A DNA stretch of 63,647 bases, filler included, from Saprolegnia diclina VS20 (lineage: Eukaryota): the NCBI RefSeq assembly GCF_000281045.1. It is 5 parts of one record of this genome, joined end to end, with 100 filler letters (N's around TTAATTAATTAA, not from the genome) between each part and the next. Parts side by side here need not be neighbours in the genome. Positions count along the whole stretch, not along the records: positions 1 to 19,044 come from NW_008246093.1; positions 19,145 to 47,493 come from NW_008246093.1; 3 more parts are not named here. One strand, given 5' to 3'. The notes under the pieces were generated by a model. It searched no databases and was not told the DNA's origin. It saw only the letters and a program-made list of their open reading frames with translations. Shown here piece after piece: positions 13,101 to 24,796 of this stretch. Within the stretch, counting starts at the first letter, position 1; the number at the start of each line of letters is the position of its first letter. Made by a program: the position numbers and the translations under genes.

Positions 13101-14966
13101 AGTCCAAAGTCAGCGAGGTCCGAGGTGCAGATGTGGTTGAGACAGAGTGTCGACCCGGGGCAGTCGCTCGAGACGTCGCATTGTTTCTCAAGGACGATGG
13201 AGGCGGTTGGCGCCACGCGCACGCAGCTGCCACCGGCATCGCACTGCGCCCCGACGCCGCACTGGTGCACACTCGGACACGTTTCGTCCAAGGACCCGTC
13301 GGTCGTATTCCAGCTCGTTTGCGGAAGCATCACTTGCTCTACACGAAGGTGCTAAGTGCACTGTCTACGTCTGGCAAACGTACCTGGTATCGAAAGCGGC
13401 AGGGGGCAATAAATGCATGTGCCCGTGGGCAGCCGTCCTTGGGACGCGTTGAAGGCCGTATTGGTCAAGCTCGGTGCGCTCTGACACGCGACCACCGAGT
13501 TGGCCAGCGCGCCACAGTCGGGATCTAATGCCAGTATATCGTCCGTAAACATGACTGCAAAATGGCGCACCATAGAGACCGCAACCACAGTCGCAGCCGT
13601 CAGTCGTGTTGTAGTGGGTGCTCTCGCAGAGCCAGCCTTGGGGAATGTCACACGCAGCACCGGCCCAGCCATGCACGCAAATGCACGCGCCGCCCACACA
13701 ACTGCCGTGGGCCCCCGAGCAGCCTTTGGGGCAGTAGGCTACACCACCATTTACACGACTGTGTGTGGAACGAGTCTCTACGTACCCGCCTGCCAGTTGA
13801 TGGTGAAACCTGGGGTTGACGGCGCATTGTTGGACGCATAGGTTACAAACATAACCCCTTGGTTGTTGCTGAACGACGTGGTTGCAAGGCTACCTTGGCC
13901 CCCGCGTGCTTGCACAAGGACCGGTGAGCTCGTGTCCGGGCCGTCGTACCTACGCAGCGCTAAAGATGTTTGCGCAGGCAGTGTGCGACGTACACGGTCA
14001 CCACTGCATTGGGTCCGAGCTGGAACGAAGCAAACGTGAGCCAGATCGCATCGAACGACGTTGTCGTGGCGCCGTCGACGCGCGTCGGCTGGATACGCCA
14101 CGAACACACCATGTTTTGTATGTTTTGGCCAAGCATGTTGTCTCGAAAGCTCTGCATTGAAGTGGCGTTGGCGCCCGACGCGACCGAGAGTGTCGGTGCT
14201 AGCACGACGAGGCCACTGCAATAGGCACTCACTAGAAACGATGTGAGCCATTTTCAAATAATTTGGACGCTATTTTTCAGAAAAATCGAGGTACCAAAGC
14301 CATAGCTGGCGGTGAACCCGTAGACGGATGACTGCGGCGATGTCGCGCCATTGTCTTTGAGAAACGAACGGTAGATGACATAGACATCTTGGGCCGTCGA
14401 CTGCATACTCATGGCTGCGTCGCTCGACCCAATGAAATAGTACCACGACCCGTTGCGAGCCGTGTCTTTGAGGAGCGAGCCGTCGACGACGTTGCAAATC
14501 GACGGGTCAAAGTGCCCGCTTTGCTGAGCCGCGCATGTATCGACGGACGGCGTTGTCGACGACGCATAGTCGTACATTCCGATATTGTCGGTACCCGCGA
14601 GCGCGCTCTTGCGAGTGTAGAGCTCCCACCCCGTCGGCTTGGGGGCGTTGAGCCCGAGGTTCACGAGCACCACGTCGTTGTCGGACGACTGCCACGCGTT
14701 CAAGTTGAGGAGCGAAAAGGTGAGGCTCACGATCGTGCTCGTCGTCGGTGTCTTGATCTGCCAGTGGCAGTCGACACCGTCGGCGTAGTTGCCGCTCTGC
14801 GGACTTCGGTCGCGGAGCGTCCCTACGCCAATTAAAGTCTTGCGCGCCAAGATACGAGACACATTGTACCTGGCGCCTTGGTCACCTGCGTTGAGAGCTG
14901 GCATGTCTGAGCTGCGCTCAGTGTTGGACACAGAGCCACGCATACGACCACGGCCCAAAGCAGCAT
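1196..14966 (-). CDS. Giant multi-exon cell-surface receptor-like protein (>4000 aa): signal peptide, multiple CUB, EGF, LamG/ConA-like domains, PMP/pectin-lyase-like repeats, Cys-rich repeat, multi-TM C-terminus
   Basis: ATG 14966 gives MLLWAVVVCVALCPTLSAAQ. Intron 14823-14869 leads into the CUB-like NYADGVDCHWQIK. The minus-strand ORFs join in frame across ~45-55 nt introns at the junctions I checked. Motifs: EGF CNNGTCVRGACVCAPGYTGAQC; LamG-like 'DTWLHVAF..FFAGSVRQLRLYN'; many GGA(I/L)Y and FxxN repeats (~3750-6600); CxxC repeat CVQCPFGQFS..CHKCPTGAIC; TM block KIFTSYLQL..LGFLF. Stop TGA 1196-1198. Confidence 0.8.
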
Positions 14967-15609
14967 CCAGAGTCCGTGGGGCGAGGCGGGATCAAACGCC
15001 CCTTCCCGATATGCGACAGTTTCGTCCTTTGGGGAGTTTTGCTGGTGGCTTCAAGCTGTCCATTCCAAGTTGTTTCTTGCAAGCGTACATATCTACTACC
15101 AAGATGAGATAACGTTAGTACACGACAATTGGAGTACCGCTCCTTTTCCCATGCGCGCTCTCAGACCCCTAACCCTAGTTGATTGAGTAGAGCCTTCTTG
15201 ATAGCGATGATCGCTGCCTTCTCATGCAATTTCTTCGAATGACGCGAACGATGCGGTCTGCGTCGTCGAGTCATTGCGATCCCATACTATGCCAAGCACG
15301 ACCGATGGCTCTGTAGCAGCGCTTGTGCCTTATTGTAGGCGTAGACAGGCACGAAAAAGCTATAGGGTTTCCGTACTGGGTCGCGCCAACTGTGTTGGTG
15401 GCCATGGGCAGCACCTCGTAGCCGTAGCCATAACAAATACCAATGTTTCCACGTCGGGCGTCTTCGTCCTGAGAGCTACTAGTGTATCGACGACGCGCCA
15501 AAACACTAGCTGACAGCGACAACGTCGAGTGCTGGTGCAACGCGTGCGGACGATCGCAAAGCGTCCGGATAAAATCCGGATAACAAGGGCAATCCCAAAC
15601 TGACAAGCC

Positions 15610-16175
15610 ATGACGCTGCTGAAGGGGCTGCGCCGCGTCAGAGCGCGCACACCACCTCGCAGCGCCGAGTTTGATGGCTTCCACCTTCCGCGCGGCACGC
15701 GTAATGATGACCTCCTGCTTGCACCGGCAGGCAGCCCGCGACGGCTGGCAGCGCAGCGACCACAAAGCCGACCGCCGCGACCCTCTCGCCGTGGCGGGCC
15801 GCTTCTTCTCGCGATACTCGCTGCGCTATAGATTGTAATACGCTTGCGAGCCGCATCCTGCAAGCGCTAGAACAAGTTGTCATCTGGCTCGTCAAGAAAG
15901 GTGCAGGCACGGGCTCTCGAGGCTCACTCATGGCCAGCGGCATCGCGCTCTACCTGCTCGTGCCCACCATGTCTGAAAGCCGATCTATCGACGCCGGACG
16001 TTTCGTTCGAGCGCATCGCCACGGACTGTGGCAACCTCGCGCCCGCGTACGCTGCTGCATCGTCATTCGCGCGCTCACGCGTGCGCATTCGGACCCGACA
16101 CGCATCAATCTCGCAACGATGACGGCTGTCGCATGCGCGTTTCAGCGGTTTGAATCAGAGGTGTCGCGTCTGTAG
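15610..16175 (+). CDS. Possible small spliced hypothetical gene (structure uncertain)
   Basis: ATG 15610 follows a paired TCCGGATA motif. Plausible exons (DCNTLASRILQALEQVVIWLVKK / ASRSTCSCPPCLKADLS) are separated by a GT-AG segment 15901-15938. No recognisable domain. Confidence 0.3.
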
Positions 16176-17937
16176 CTTCAGCACTCAGTTTGGCGGCGAC
16201 CTTCGTCTCCGGCGTACCAGCAGCAACCGCTGCAGACGTGCTAGCGACCGCGTCAAAGTGCTAGCGACGAGCGCCAACGCCGGGCAGGTAGGTCAGAGAC
16301 GCGTGTGAAGTCGAACTTGATGCACGTCTCTTGGGTGGAGGAGGAATCACAGCCGCGATATGCCATGAAATACGTCATTCTCACGCATGATATTTCTGTG
16401 ATCGGATGGACTCGACTCGTTGCCGGGTCCTTTCCCCAGTTGTAGGCATAGAAAGATGACGCGACTTGGGGTTTTGAGCTCGTAAGAGCTATCTCTACGT
16501 ACCTGCAACGCATGAGCGATTTCATTTGGACTGTTCATTTCGTGTTGTGAGGACCTCGGAATCACACCGCCGACCGCGATCATGAAAGGCGCCTTATGAT
16601 ACCTATGGCTTCAAAATCAGACCAATAAAATGCATCCATTTCAGATCTAGCTGCAAATTGGACCGCAGAGCTCGAGATGGCGACCGTCCAGCCATCGTCC
16701 ACGATGGTACCCAGTGCCACGTGGCCACCTAGCCTTTTGTACACCAAGAGCATACGTAGCCCCATAGTATTTTAGCCGCTCCGTCGCGTCGAACCGCCCT
16801 CTGGACTGTCATCAATGGAGCTTTTGTCAGTCGCGACAAAGTCGTCGTAGCGAGCGGATACTAGTACACAGTACACGAGGTGGGTAGGTAAGTATCAACT
16901 GCATTAACACGTCGCCTGGAATCTTGCGGATACTGCTCCAATATTTCTTTTTAAATCCACTTCTGCAACTTGGCGAGTGCACTCTGCAATGATAGCTACA
17001 CCAATCGGACGAATACATCGTTAAAGGCGCCAGCGTGGGTGGAAGAGCACACGACTTCGTCTCTTCGCTTCGTATGCACTCTACGGCAGGACCACATCGC
17101 CAAGCCCGTGCGGTCTGGGGCACGCCACGCTTACTCACGGCCGTCACTGCAAACCTGTCCAACGAGACTCAGGTTGGGTTCTTCAGCTGTCGTGGTGAAC
17201 GCTGTAAAGCTTTTGCGAGCACTCGGTATCCGAGTTACATCGTACGCGTGTACGTATTACTTCAACTCCTCCGATGCTGCGTCATCATCTTGCCCGCTTT
17301 TTGGCGCGAAGGACGTCGGTCACTGGAAGAAGGCACGCATGCCGTATCCAACGCATTATCTCGCTTCCCGCGTCGGCGCATCTGGAGCCGTCCGTCGCGT
17401 ATAAGACGCTGTAGGTCGACGGTGGAGGGTGCCCCGAATAAGCAACATGGACGCTCCGAAGGGCACGTCCACTGCTTGTATGCACATCTGCAAACAGCTG
17501 TTGGTGCTCTGTACGGACCTCACCCACACGTTACGGGCAACACGCCGTGTCGGAGCAATCGGCTGCCATGAGCACGGCTAGTCGTATCCAGGTCATTGCC
17601 ATGTCGACGGGGTATGCACTCGAATTTCTGTGGCCACCGAATCCCAGCGCCTCACCTCACCACGTTTACGAGCTTGGGAATCCGACGTCTCGATACCTTG
17701 TCCAAAAAGCTAGGGCGCTCCTGATTACGGTATCCGAACATGGTTTACGTGCCAATGGCAACGACAGAAACGACGATCTTTATTCGCAAGTGTCGACGCT
17801 ACGTCCATATTTTTCATCCAGTTCACACCATTTGTCATGTCAGTCCCGCCATCTGTGTGTCACGGCTCACGCCGGCTGGTCTTGCCACCATCGGGTTTGA
17901 CATCGCACCTCTGCCAAGCACTGCATCGTGCCCTTGT

Positions 17938-17953
17938 GCTCATTTTCCAATTC
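17938..17953 (+). promoter_or_regulatory. Oomycete INR+FPR core promoter
   Basis: GCTCATTTTCCAATTC fits the oomycete consensus GCTCATTYBNNNWTTY and ends 29 nt upstream of ATG 17983. Confidence 0.8.
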
Positions 17954-17982
17954 GACCTGTGCGAGTACCATTACCAGTTTCC

Positions 17983-18833
17983 ATGGTCCGCTTCCTCTCT
18001 TTCGCTCTGGCGGCCCTCGCGACGGCCGTTGCTGCCCAAAAGGTACGGTCGCCGATGCACTCGCGACCGAGTCCTCACCGCATGCGGTAGACGGCGCTCA
18101 TCATCGTTGATATGCAAAACGACTTTGCGTCGCCGACGGGTAGCCTGTACGTCTCGGGTGGTGACGCCATCATCCCGACGATCAACAAGCTCCGTGCCAA
18201 GGGCCAGTGGGACCTTGTCGTGACGACCCAGGACTGGCACCCCAAGGGCCACGTCTCGTTCTACTCGACGTTCGCCAAGGACCCCAAGGCTAAGATGTTC
18301 CAGCCCTACAAGCTCACCAACGGCGAGGAGCAGGTGCTCTGGCCCGACCACTGCGTGCAGGTCCGACGCATCCCACACATATCTGAATATCTCAACGCGG
18401 GGTAGGGCTCGACAGGCGCCGACTTTCACAAGGACCTCGTCCGCGCGCCGACCGACGTCAACATTCTCAAGGGCATGAACCTCACGCTTGACTCGTACTC
18501 GGCTCTCCTTGAAAACGATCACGTACGCGAATTGATTAAAAAATGTCGTGGGCTAATGCGGAATGTTGACAGCGGACCAAGACCAAGTTGTCGGGCATCC
18601 TTGACGCCGCCGGCATCACCAACTTGGCGGTGACGGGTCTCGCGTTCGACTTTTGCGTCGGCTCGACGGCGTACGACGCCAACACTATGTTTGGTTATGA
18701 AGTGACGGTCATCACGGATGCGACGGCGTCGGTGGCACCGACTTCGGAAACGACGATGCGTGCCAAGCTCAAGGGCGCGGGTATTCGCTTCAAGACCGCG
18801 GACCAGTTCCTCAAGATTAAGCGCCAGTGGTAA
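17983..18833 (+). CDS. pncA: Nicotinamidase/pyrazinamidase (isochorismatase superfamily) with N-terminal signal peptide; 4 exons
   Basis: Introns 18043-18090, 18361-18405, 18523-18572. Motifs ALIIVDMQNDF, QDWHPKGHVSF, LWPDHCVQG, KG..DSYSA and GLAFDFCV supply the D/K/C catalytic triad and D/H/H metal ligands. Confidence 0.92.
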
Positions 18834-19044
18834 TATGGGTGCGCTAGATTAATCGTTCATGTGCTATGGCATTATACGCTGTCTTAATGGCGCTCGTGGG
18901 TTTGTTTCAAAGCGCTGGTTCTGGCATGGGCAGCTTTCTTTCTTTGGGCTTTCCGTCGCTGGCGTTTCTCGATGAACTCAACGAGATGCGTAGCTTTGCC
19001 TCCAATCGGAACGCCCGGAAGGACTTTACGGAGCTCATCATTCT

Positions 19045-19144
19045 NNNNNNNNNNNNNNNNNNNNNNNNNNNNNNNNNNNNNNNNNNNNTTAATTAATTAA
19101 NNNNNNNNNNNNNNNNNNNNNNNNNNNNNNNNNNNNNNNNNNNN
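19045..19144. other. Assembly gap with TTAATTAATTAA linker (also 47494-47593, 54141-54240, 58847-58946; plain 100-N gaps at 48313-48412, 55261-55360, 57594-57693)
   Basis: N runs with an identical six-frame-stop 12-mer in the middle. Confidence 0.97.
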
Positions 19145-20870
19145 TATATAATTGCATGTTATATAACTCATTTCAACATAGCAACACGGTCCTCAGCCTC
19201 GGGATGCTTTAGCCCAAGGTGCAAAGCTCAACTGTACGGTAGTAGCCGCTTGTCGTGCGGCGTTGCCCCTCATAGTATGAGGTGATCGAAACAGCTCCAA
19301 CCTCACCAAATTCTGGATCCGCGAGTGGTATTTTTCACCTTGCATTTCACACGTATTGTTCACATCAAAACAAGTGAGAAAGGCGAGAGAGATGCGATGC
19401 GATGGCGAGGACTCAACGACGGAGCGAGCGGGTGCAGACGTGGCCAAGCATCCAGGTTACCGTGCATGCGTAGAGTGGTGCGTGTGTTTCAAGCAGCACG
19501 AGCCGTCTCGCGCAGAGCCAGGCCGTCGCCACCTTGATGGGCTCGAGGATGCAGTTGCGGACGCATACATGCAGTTCTTTGTTCATACCTTGTTCGTGTC
19601 TTACAAAGTCGTGCGCAGGGCGTGGAGGCATCTCTGGCACGAATCTGGTACGAGCAAATAACACACTTTCCTTTTGGTTCGCTTCGGTTGACGGAGCGAG
19701 CTCGATGGGCCAAGCGCCAAACGCAGTTACTGTAAGAAAGCAAACTTATCCCAAGGCTCCGTGCTGCTCAATTCGCGCTTGCCCGGATGGTATTTCAACA
19801 TGCCATCGCGCTGACGCTAGTCGCATGCAAACTTGAACCGAGAAGCCTCATTCGTTGAAGCAAGGCCACGCGGGTCTTGGACGCTGAGCGAGCGCAGCGT
19901 CATGCGTGGGACGCGGGCTCTGAGAAGCGATGGCCGCAGTATAATCGCCGACTCCGGTATCGATGATGCTACATCGCGCAGGCTATTACTCTACTGACAC
20001 CCGTACGCGCAAGTGGTCGAGAGGTGACAGGCGCCATCTCCTGCTGCCGTCCCACTGTTGCCGACACGAGAGACGCACACAAGCAAGCAGAGCTCCACCA
20101 CACGCAGAGCGCAGCGACCACCAGCGTACTCCATACCTTTCATGCGTGCTGCAAGGACATGGACGTTTGGTTTTGATGAGATTTGGATCGTCTACAGGAC
20201 TGGACATGCACGGGATCTCCTCGCCACTACATAGTCGGTACTAGTACCTTTCAACTTTGCAGTCTGTATGGTGTGGCGTGATTGCTTGGCCGACTGAACG
20301 TCCGCTCATCGTGGCAGCTTTGCATTCCGTCAAGTGCCCTGCATCTCGCCTGGACGAGGTGCCTGGACGGGCTTGTGTCGACTCACCACAGCAAAATTCC
20401 TGTGAAAAATCCTCCCACATGCACTGCACCACCTCCTGCCACCATCCAATTTGAAGTACACCAGCAGCGACCACAGCTCGCTATCACTTTCTTGCGCCGT
20501 TTACACGACACTTTCGGTTGGTTGTCATAACGTAGGTGGACACTCTTATTACCGTAGTACCCGACGAGTTTACGGAATATCGTACCGTGAACGACCTCGG
20601 TGGTGGTATTCGTGTGCCCTCTCGATGGCCCAAGGAGCTGTCCAAGCGTGTACGTTCCATGCACTCTGCGTGCTCCGTTCGTGTACGAGCTCGAGCCACC
20701 CAGCGACCCACCGAGGCTCTAGTGCCTTTTGAAACAGAGACAATACTGTCCACTACACTTGTCCGGATACTAGAGGGAGTCATTGGACAATCGAGAAAAA
20801 AGCACCAACGCTTCGATCGTGTTGGCGGTGAATAAAATAGTTCCTAACCCTAGTAGTCCTAAATGGCGTG

Positions 20871-22391
20871 TTAGCACGCCAGCGGCCGTGCATCGTCGTG
20901 CTTGGCGAACGACGAGAGTGCCATCGTGAGCGTCTCGTGCACATACTGGTGGCGCTCGAGTGCCATGAGCCGCTGGCGGTCGTCCGGCGACGTCGTCTTG
21001 ACCGACGGCAAGACGTTGAGCTCAAACTCGAGTAGATTCTGGTCGTCGTCGTCGTCGTCGTCGTCGTCGCACCAGCACCCGCCTTCTTCGTCCGTCATGT
21101 ACGATGTGTCGCACGAGTGCATGCTCGTGTCGGGCCGGGCGAGCGATATCGGTCGCAAGTCGTAGTGGACTTCATGGTACTTGTCGCTGCTCTCGATCAT
21201 TTGGTTGGACGCGACCACGAGCGTCGTGCACAGCGCCGTTGACGCCGCCGGCTGGTACTTGATCTTGGCCGGCGACGTGTGGTGCTTGCTGTTGTCGTCC
21301 AGGAGCGCCCAGTCGTCGTCGTCGTCATCGATCGTATGAAACTCGCCCGATTTGAGCATCGGGCGCTTGCCCTTCCGGGACGTGGTCGCGTCCGGCTCGG
21401 CGCACTCGAAGCACATGCGCTGCGGCTCGCGCATGCGGCCCTTGATGCGAATGCCCTGCGTGCACTTCCAGCAAAACACTTCGCCACACGCGCAGCAGTT
21501 GGCCTTCCACCGCAACGGGCTAAACTTGCGCGTGCAGAGCTGGCAGTGCTTGCGGTCGCTCAACGGCACGAGCGGCACAAGCAGCGACGACCGCGCTTTG
21601 ATCGAAGGCGCTTCGTTGATCCACTGGCTGAGCTTGATGAGGCTCGACGCGCGGTGCTTCATGATGGTCTTGTAGATCCACGCCGGCGCAACGCCCTTGA
21701 AATCGAGCTCGACGCGGCCGTGCACTTCGAGCCGGCCCGGCGTGTCGGTCTCGAGGAAGAGATAGCCCGAGTTGTACAGCGAGCCGCGAATGAGCTTGAG
21801 GCTCGGCTTGAGCTCCGGGCACGTCGGCAGCCGAATCGAGTGCTGGGAGACGGCCCACGCGCGGCGCCCGGACGCAAGCGCCCACTGGCGCTGGACCTCG
21901 AGGACGCAAAAGTCGCGGTTGTTGAGCGGCGTCGGGCACTCGGCGACGAACCAGCGCACGACCGCATGCATGCCGGGCTCCTTGGTCGTCGGCGACACGA
22001 TGCGGTGGAGGATCGCCATGTCCACGAGATCGCTCGTGTAGTGCTCGAGCGACGCCTGCATTTGATCGTCGGTGAGGTTGGCCATCGCGTCCTGCACCTG
22101 GTCAATCGTCGCGGCCATCGACGTGACAAAGCGGTGCGGGCGGACGCGCGGCTCGTTCGGGAGCGCCGGACCCTGAAAGATCTGGACGCCATGGTGGTCG
22201 CCGCGGAAGCTCCAGCCGGGCTCTTGCATCGGATGCGTCCCGTACGTTGACGAGAGAAACGTGTTGAAGGTGCGGTGCGAGAGGTCGTTGAGGTAGCTCA
22301 GCTCGGCCTGCGAGAGCGACGGCGCCTCGACAAAGCCCGGCGGGAGCTCGTCCAAGAGGCCGCTTGTCGGCTTGCGACTGACGGGGGCCAT
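20871..22391 (-). CDS. START-like + FYVE-type zinc finger protein (copy 1)
   Basis: Single ORF with NNRDFCVLE, RRAWAVSQHSI and RGSLYNSGYLF, then CQLCTRKF..NCCACGEVFCWKC..RMCFEC. Confidence 0.85.
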   Translation of the reverse strand: MAPVSRKPTSGLLDELPPGFVEAPSLSQAELSYLNDLSHRTFNTFLSSTYGTHPMQEPGWSFRGDHHGVQIFQGPALPNEPRVRPHRFVTSMAATIDQVQDAMANLTDDQMQASLEHYTSDLVDMAILHRIVSPTTKEPGMHAVVRWFVAECPTPLNNRDFCVLEVQRQWALASGRRAWAVSQHSIRLPTCPELKPSLKLIRGSLYNSGYLFLETDTPGRLEVHGRVELDFKGVAPAWIYKTIMKHRASSLIKLSQWINEAPSIKARSSLLVPLVPLSDRKHCQLCTRKFSPLRWKANCCACGEVFCWKCTQGIRIKGRMREPQRMCFECAEPDATTSRKGKRPMLKSGEFHTIDDDDDDWALLDDNSKHHTSPAKIKYQPAASTALCTTLVVASNQMIESSDKYHEVHYDLRPISLARPDTSMHSCDTSYMTDEEGGCWCDDDDDDDDDQNLLEFELNVLPSVKTTSPDDRQRLMALERHQYVHETLTMALSSFAKHDDARPLAC

Positions 22392-24701
22392 CGTGCGATA
22401 TCTATAATGAGAGACGATTTGTGGTGGCGCCAGCGTTATAAAGACGCGATCGTTCAAGAATGCTATCTCCGCGTCCGATTACTGGCCTTTCCCAAGACAC
22501 GCCCGAACCCAATCAAAACGCGCGCCATAGATACGCTCGCAAGGGCAAAATGGCAACCCACTTTAGGAGGGGAGACATGTCCGCACCAGAACGTTCTTGC
22601 CACGCCAAGCCGCGCGCTCTCCACCTGCGCAGTACCCAAACAGTACCGGAAATATCGTGGCTCTCGACGCCTTGTACGGTATGGTGCACAGAGCGCACTG
22701 CGACACGACACGTGCTCGTGATACCGTCTCGCAAGCGCCTGCAGCTTTGTATGCACCGCGCATCGTCGCCTGTACCCATCGTAACCTTGCGGTTTACATG
22801 TATTTTGGATCGAAGCCGGTTGTTCTCCATTGGTTGTTCTCGAAATCCCTATCGTTTATATGTTGCTGCCACCGAGGTTGAGCGGGCGACTCGTGTCGTT
22901 GGTTGGACGACCCAAATACGAAGCAACCCATGCGATGTCCCAGCATACCTGGCGCAACTTCAACCAAGGACGTGCTGCACTAACGCTCGTCGTGCGCGCT
23001 CGCATTGGCTACAACACGTCATTTGCCCTTAGCCTAGATGTGTGTCTGGTATGGTGTATACAAACATCAAGTGTGGTCGAAAGCCAAAGGACCTCCAGGA
23101 GAGGCGGGGCGACGCGGCCGGTGGCGACACGGGAGACGCAAAGTCCGAGATGCTCGTTGCCCGTGGCAAAAAAGCGGCCGCCGCGTCTGATCGAGAGAAA
23201 GGTTACCGTCGTCGAGCGGTCGACGGCGTTGACAGGACACCACCCGAATCGAGGTACCTGGAATGGAGCAAGCTGCCTATCCTTGGTCAAAAATCCTTCC
23301 ACTTGGTGGGCGGGCGCTGGCGATATGCTGGCGTATGCACCGCCTACCAGAGAGGGATCGGCGGTATCGCTCTTGTGTCCTGCGTGCTGGGACAGCGAGG
23401 CAGCAGGTGCAGTGCGATTTTCTTTACCACGCGCGACAGGACCACTCTGGGCATGGGCGCCCTGTTACGCCGAGGTATGGCACAATATGGATGCAAGAGG
23501 CCGGAACGTTGGGTTGCTTTTGCACGTATGGTTGCCGACGCGTGGAACCGACATGGCACCTGACGCCGTTGAGTGGCGCCACTCGTGCGACACGAAGAAG
23601 ATAGTCCCAGAATCCCAACTGCATGCGTTGAACATACTCGTACAACCCGGTTCTCGTGAGCATCCAACCCATTCGACGCATACAAAGACGCATAAAACGC
23701 GATTGGTCGTCGACTCGCAACGGTTTGTGCTCGTCGACTTCCTACGGCTCCCAGGCAAGTTTGGACAGCACGATGTGGTGGTGATGATGCCCGCTTGCCC
23801 GTTGGCGTCATGCGGCTTTTCAATGAGTCTGTCTTGGGTGGTGATGTTATGAGCGGCGTCGCACCGCCATGGCTTCCTCCGACAGCAAGCGGCCGTTGCT
23901 ATGCACCTGATCACCGCCGTCGCTATCGACCTACACTCGTCGTCGCATGAGGCTTTCCCATCTTCAGGTTTGGTGTGTTTTCGATTCAACGAGAGAATTT
24001 GGCGCCAACGAAACAACACTAAGTTTGGGTTTGAAAATTGAACTTAACGGCGACAAGCCGGTCAGAACGTCGAGGCGCACGACCCGACCAAGAGCGGATG
24101 TCCATCGAACGACGTACATGACATCGCCGTGTCGCCGAGTTGATCGCACATCTTGGTCGCTACATGTCGTCAATTGTCCGATCTTCCGCGTCAAGTAGGT
24201 GCCGTTGGAGCGTCCCACGAGCCAGCACTTGCGGTATTACCTATGCACCGCGAGCTGCCGACGCGCGTTGAGATATGTCGTCGTCGTCATCCACCACTGA
24301 CAGCAGTTATCGTGCGTGGTGGGGTGCTCAGTGACGTAGCGCTCCCGTGCTGATAACCTCGTATCCTGGGTGGTCGTTGACGCTTGGACAATACCTTAGT
24401 TTGATCTTGCAAGTTGGCACTGCCTTCTCACTCGACAGCTACTCGACAGGCATCGCAGAACTGAGCGAGTGACGGAGAGAACTTCAACTTGCTTTGCAAA
24501 ACTTCAGAAAGGATGCCAGTGCTTTGCCTAGCGCACAGTGGGATGCCCTTGGCACAGGGAGAAGCACGAAGACCGCCATCGCGCCACGGCGGCGCGGGTC
24601 GTCTCGCTCATAGCGCTCAAGGTATCGGAAGGAAGAACTCCTCAGACGAGATAACCGTGACGACCGACGCACCGATACGAAGAGATCCAGCTATCGAACG
24701 T

Positions 24702-24770
24702 ATCATGCAATATGCGTTTGCAGAGGTTTTGGGAAATCATGCAATATGTGTTTGCAGAGGGTTTTGGACA
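24702..24770. repeat. ~34-bp imperfect tandem duplication upstream of START-FYVE copy 2
   Basis: atcatgcaatatgcgtttgcagaggttttgggaa / atcatgcaatatgtgtttgcagagggttttggaca. Confidence 0.85.
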
Positions 24771-24796
24771 ATGGCGAGAAAGGGCAACTTGCCAAC

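Noticed and set aside
16250..17900. Intergenic stretch with several short ORFs
   Set aside because: No coherent exon chain, domain or terminal repeats found.
19089..19100. TTAATTAATTAA palindrome recurring four times
   Set aside because: Always centred in N runs. It is an artificial six-frame-stop scaffolding linker.
19145..20830. Short ORFs, including YTLGQLLGPSRG resembling a kinase start
   Set aside because: No further kinase motifs. Unsupported.
21279..22250. Long antisense or alternate-frame ORFs over real genes (also 59042-60160, 8298-9059, 35034-35894)
   Set aside because: These are shadow ORFs caused by strong GC3 codon bias.
22830..23852. 340-aa plus-strand ORF between START-FYVE copies
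   Set aside because: Non-ATG start, no GC3 bias, no recognisable motif. Probably spurious.
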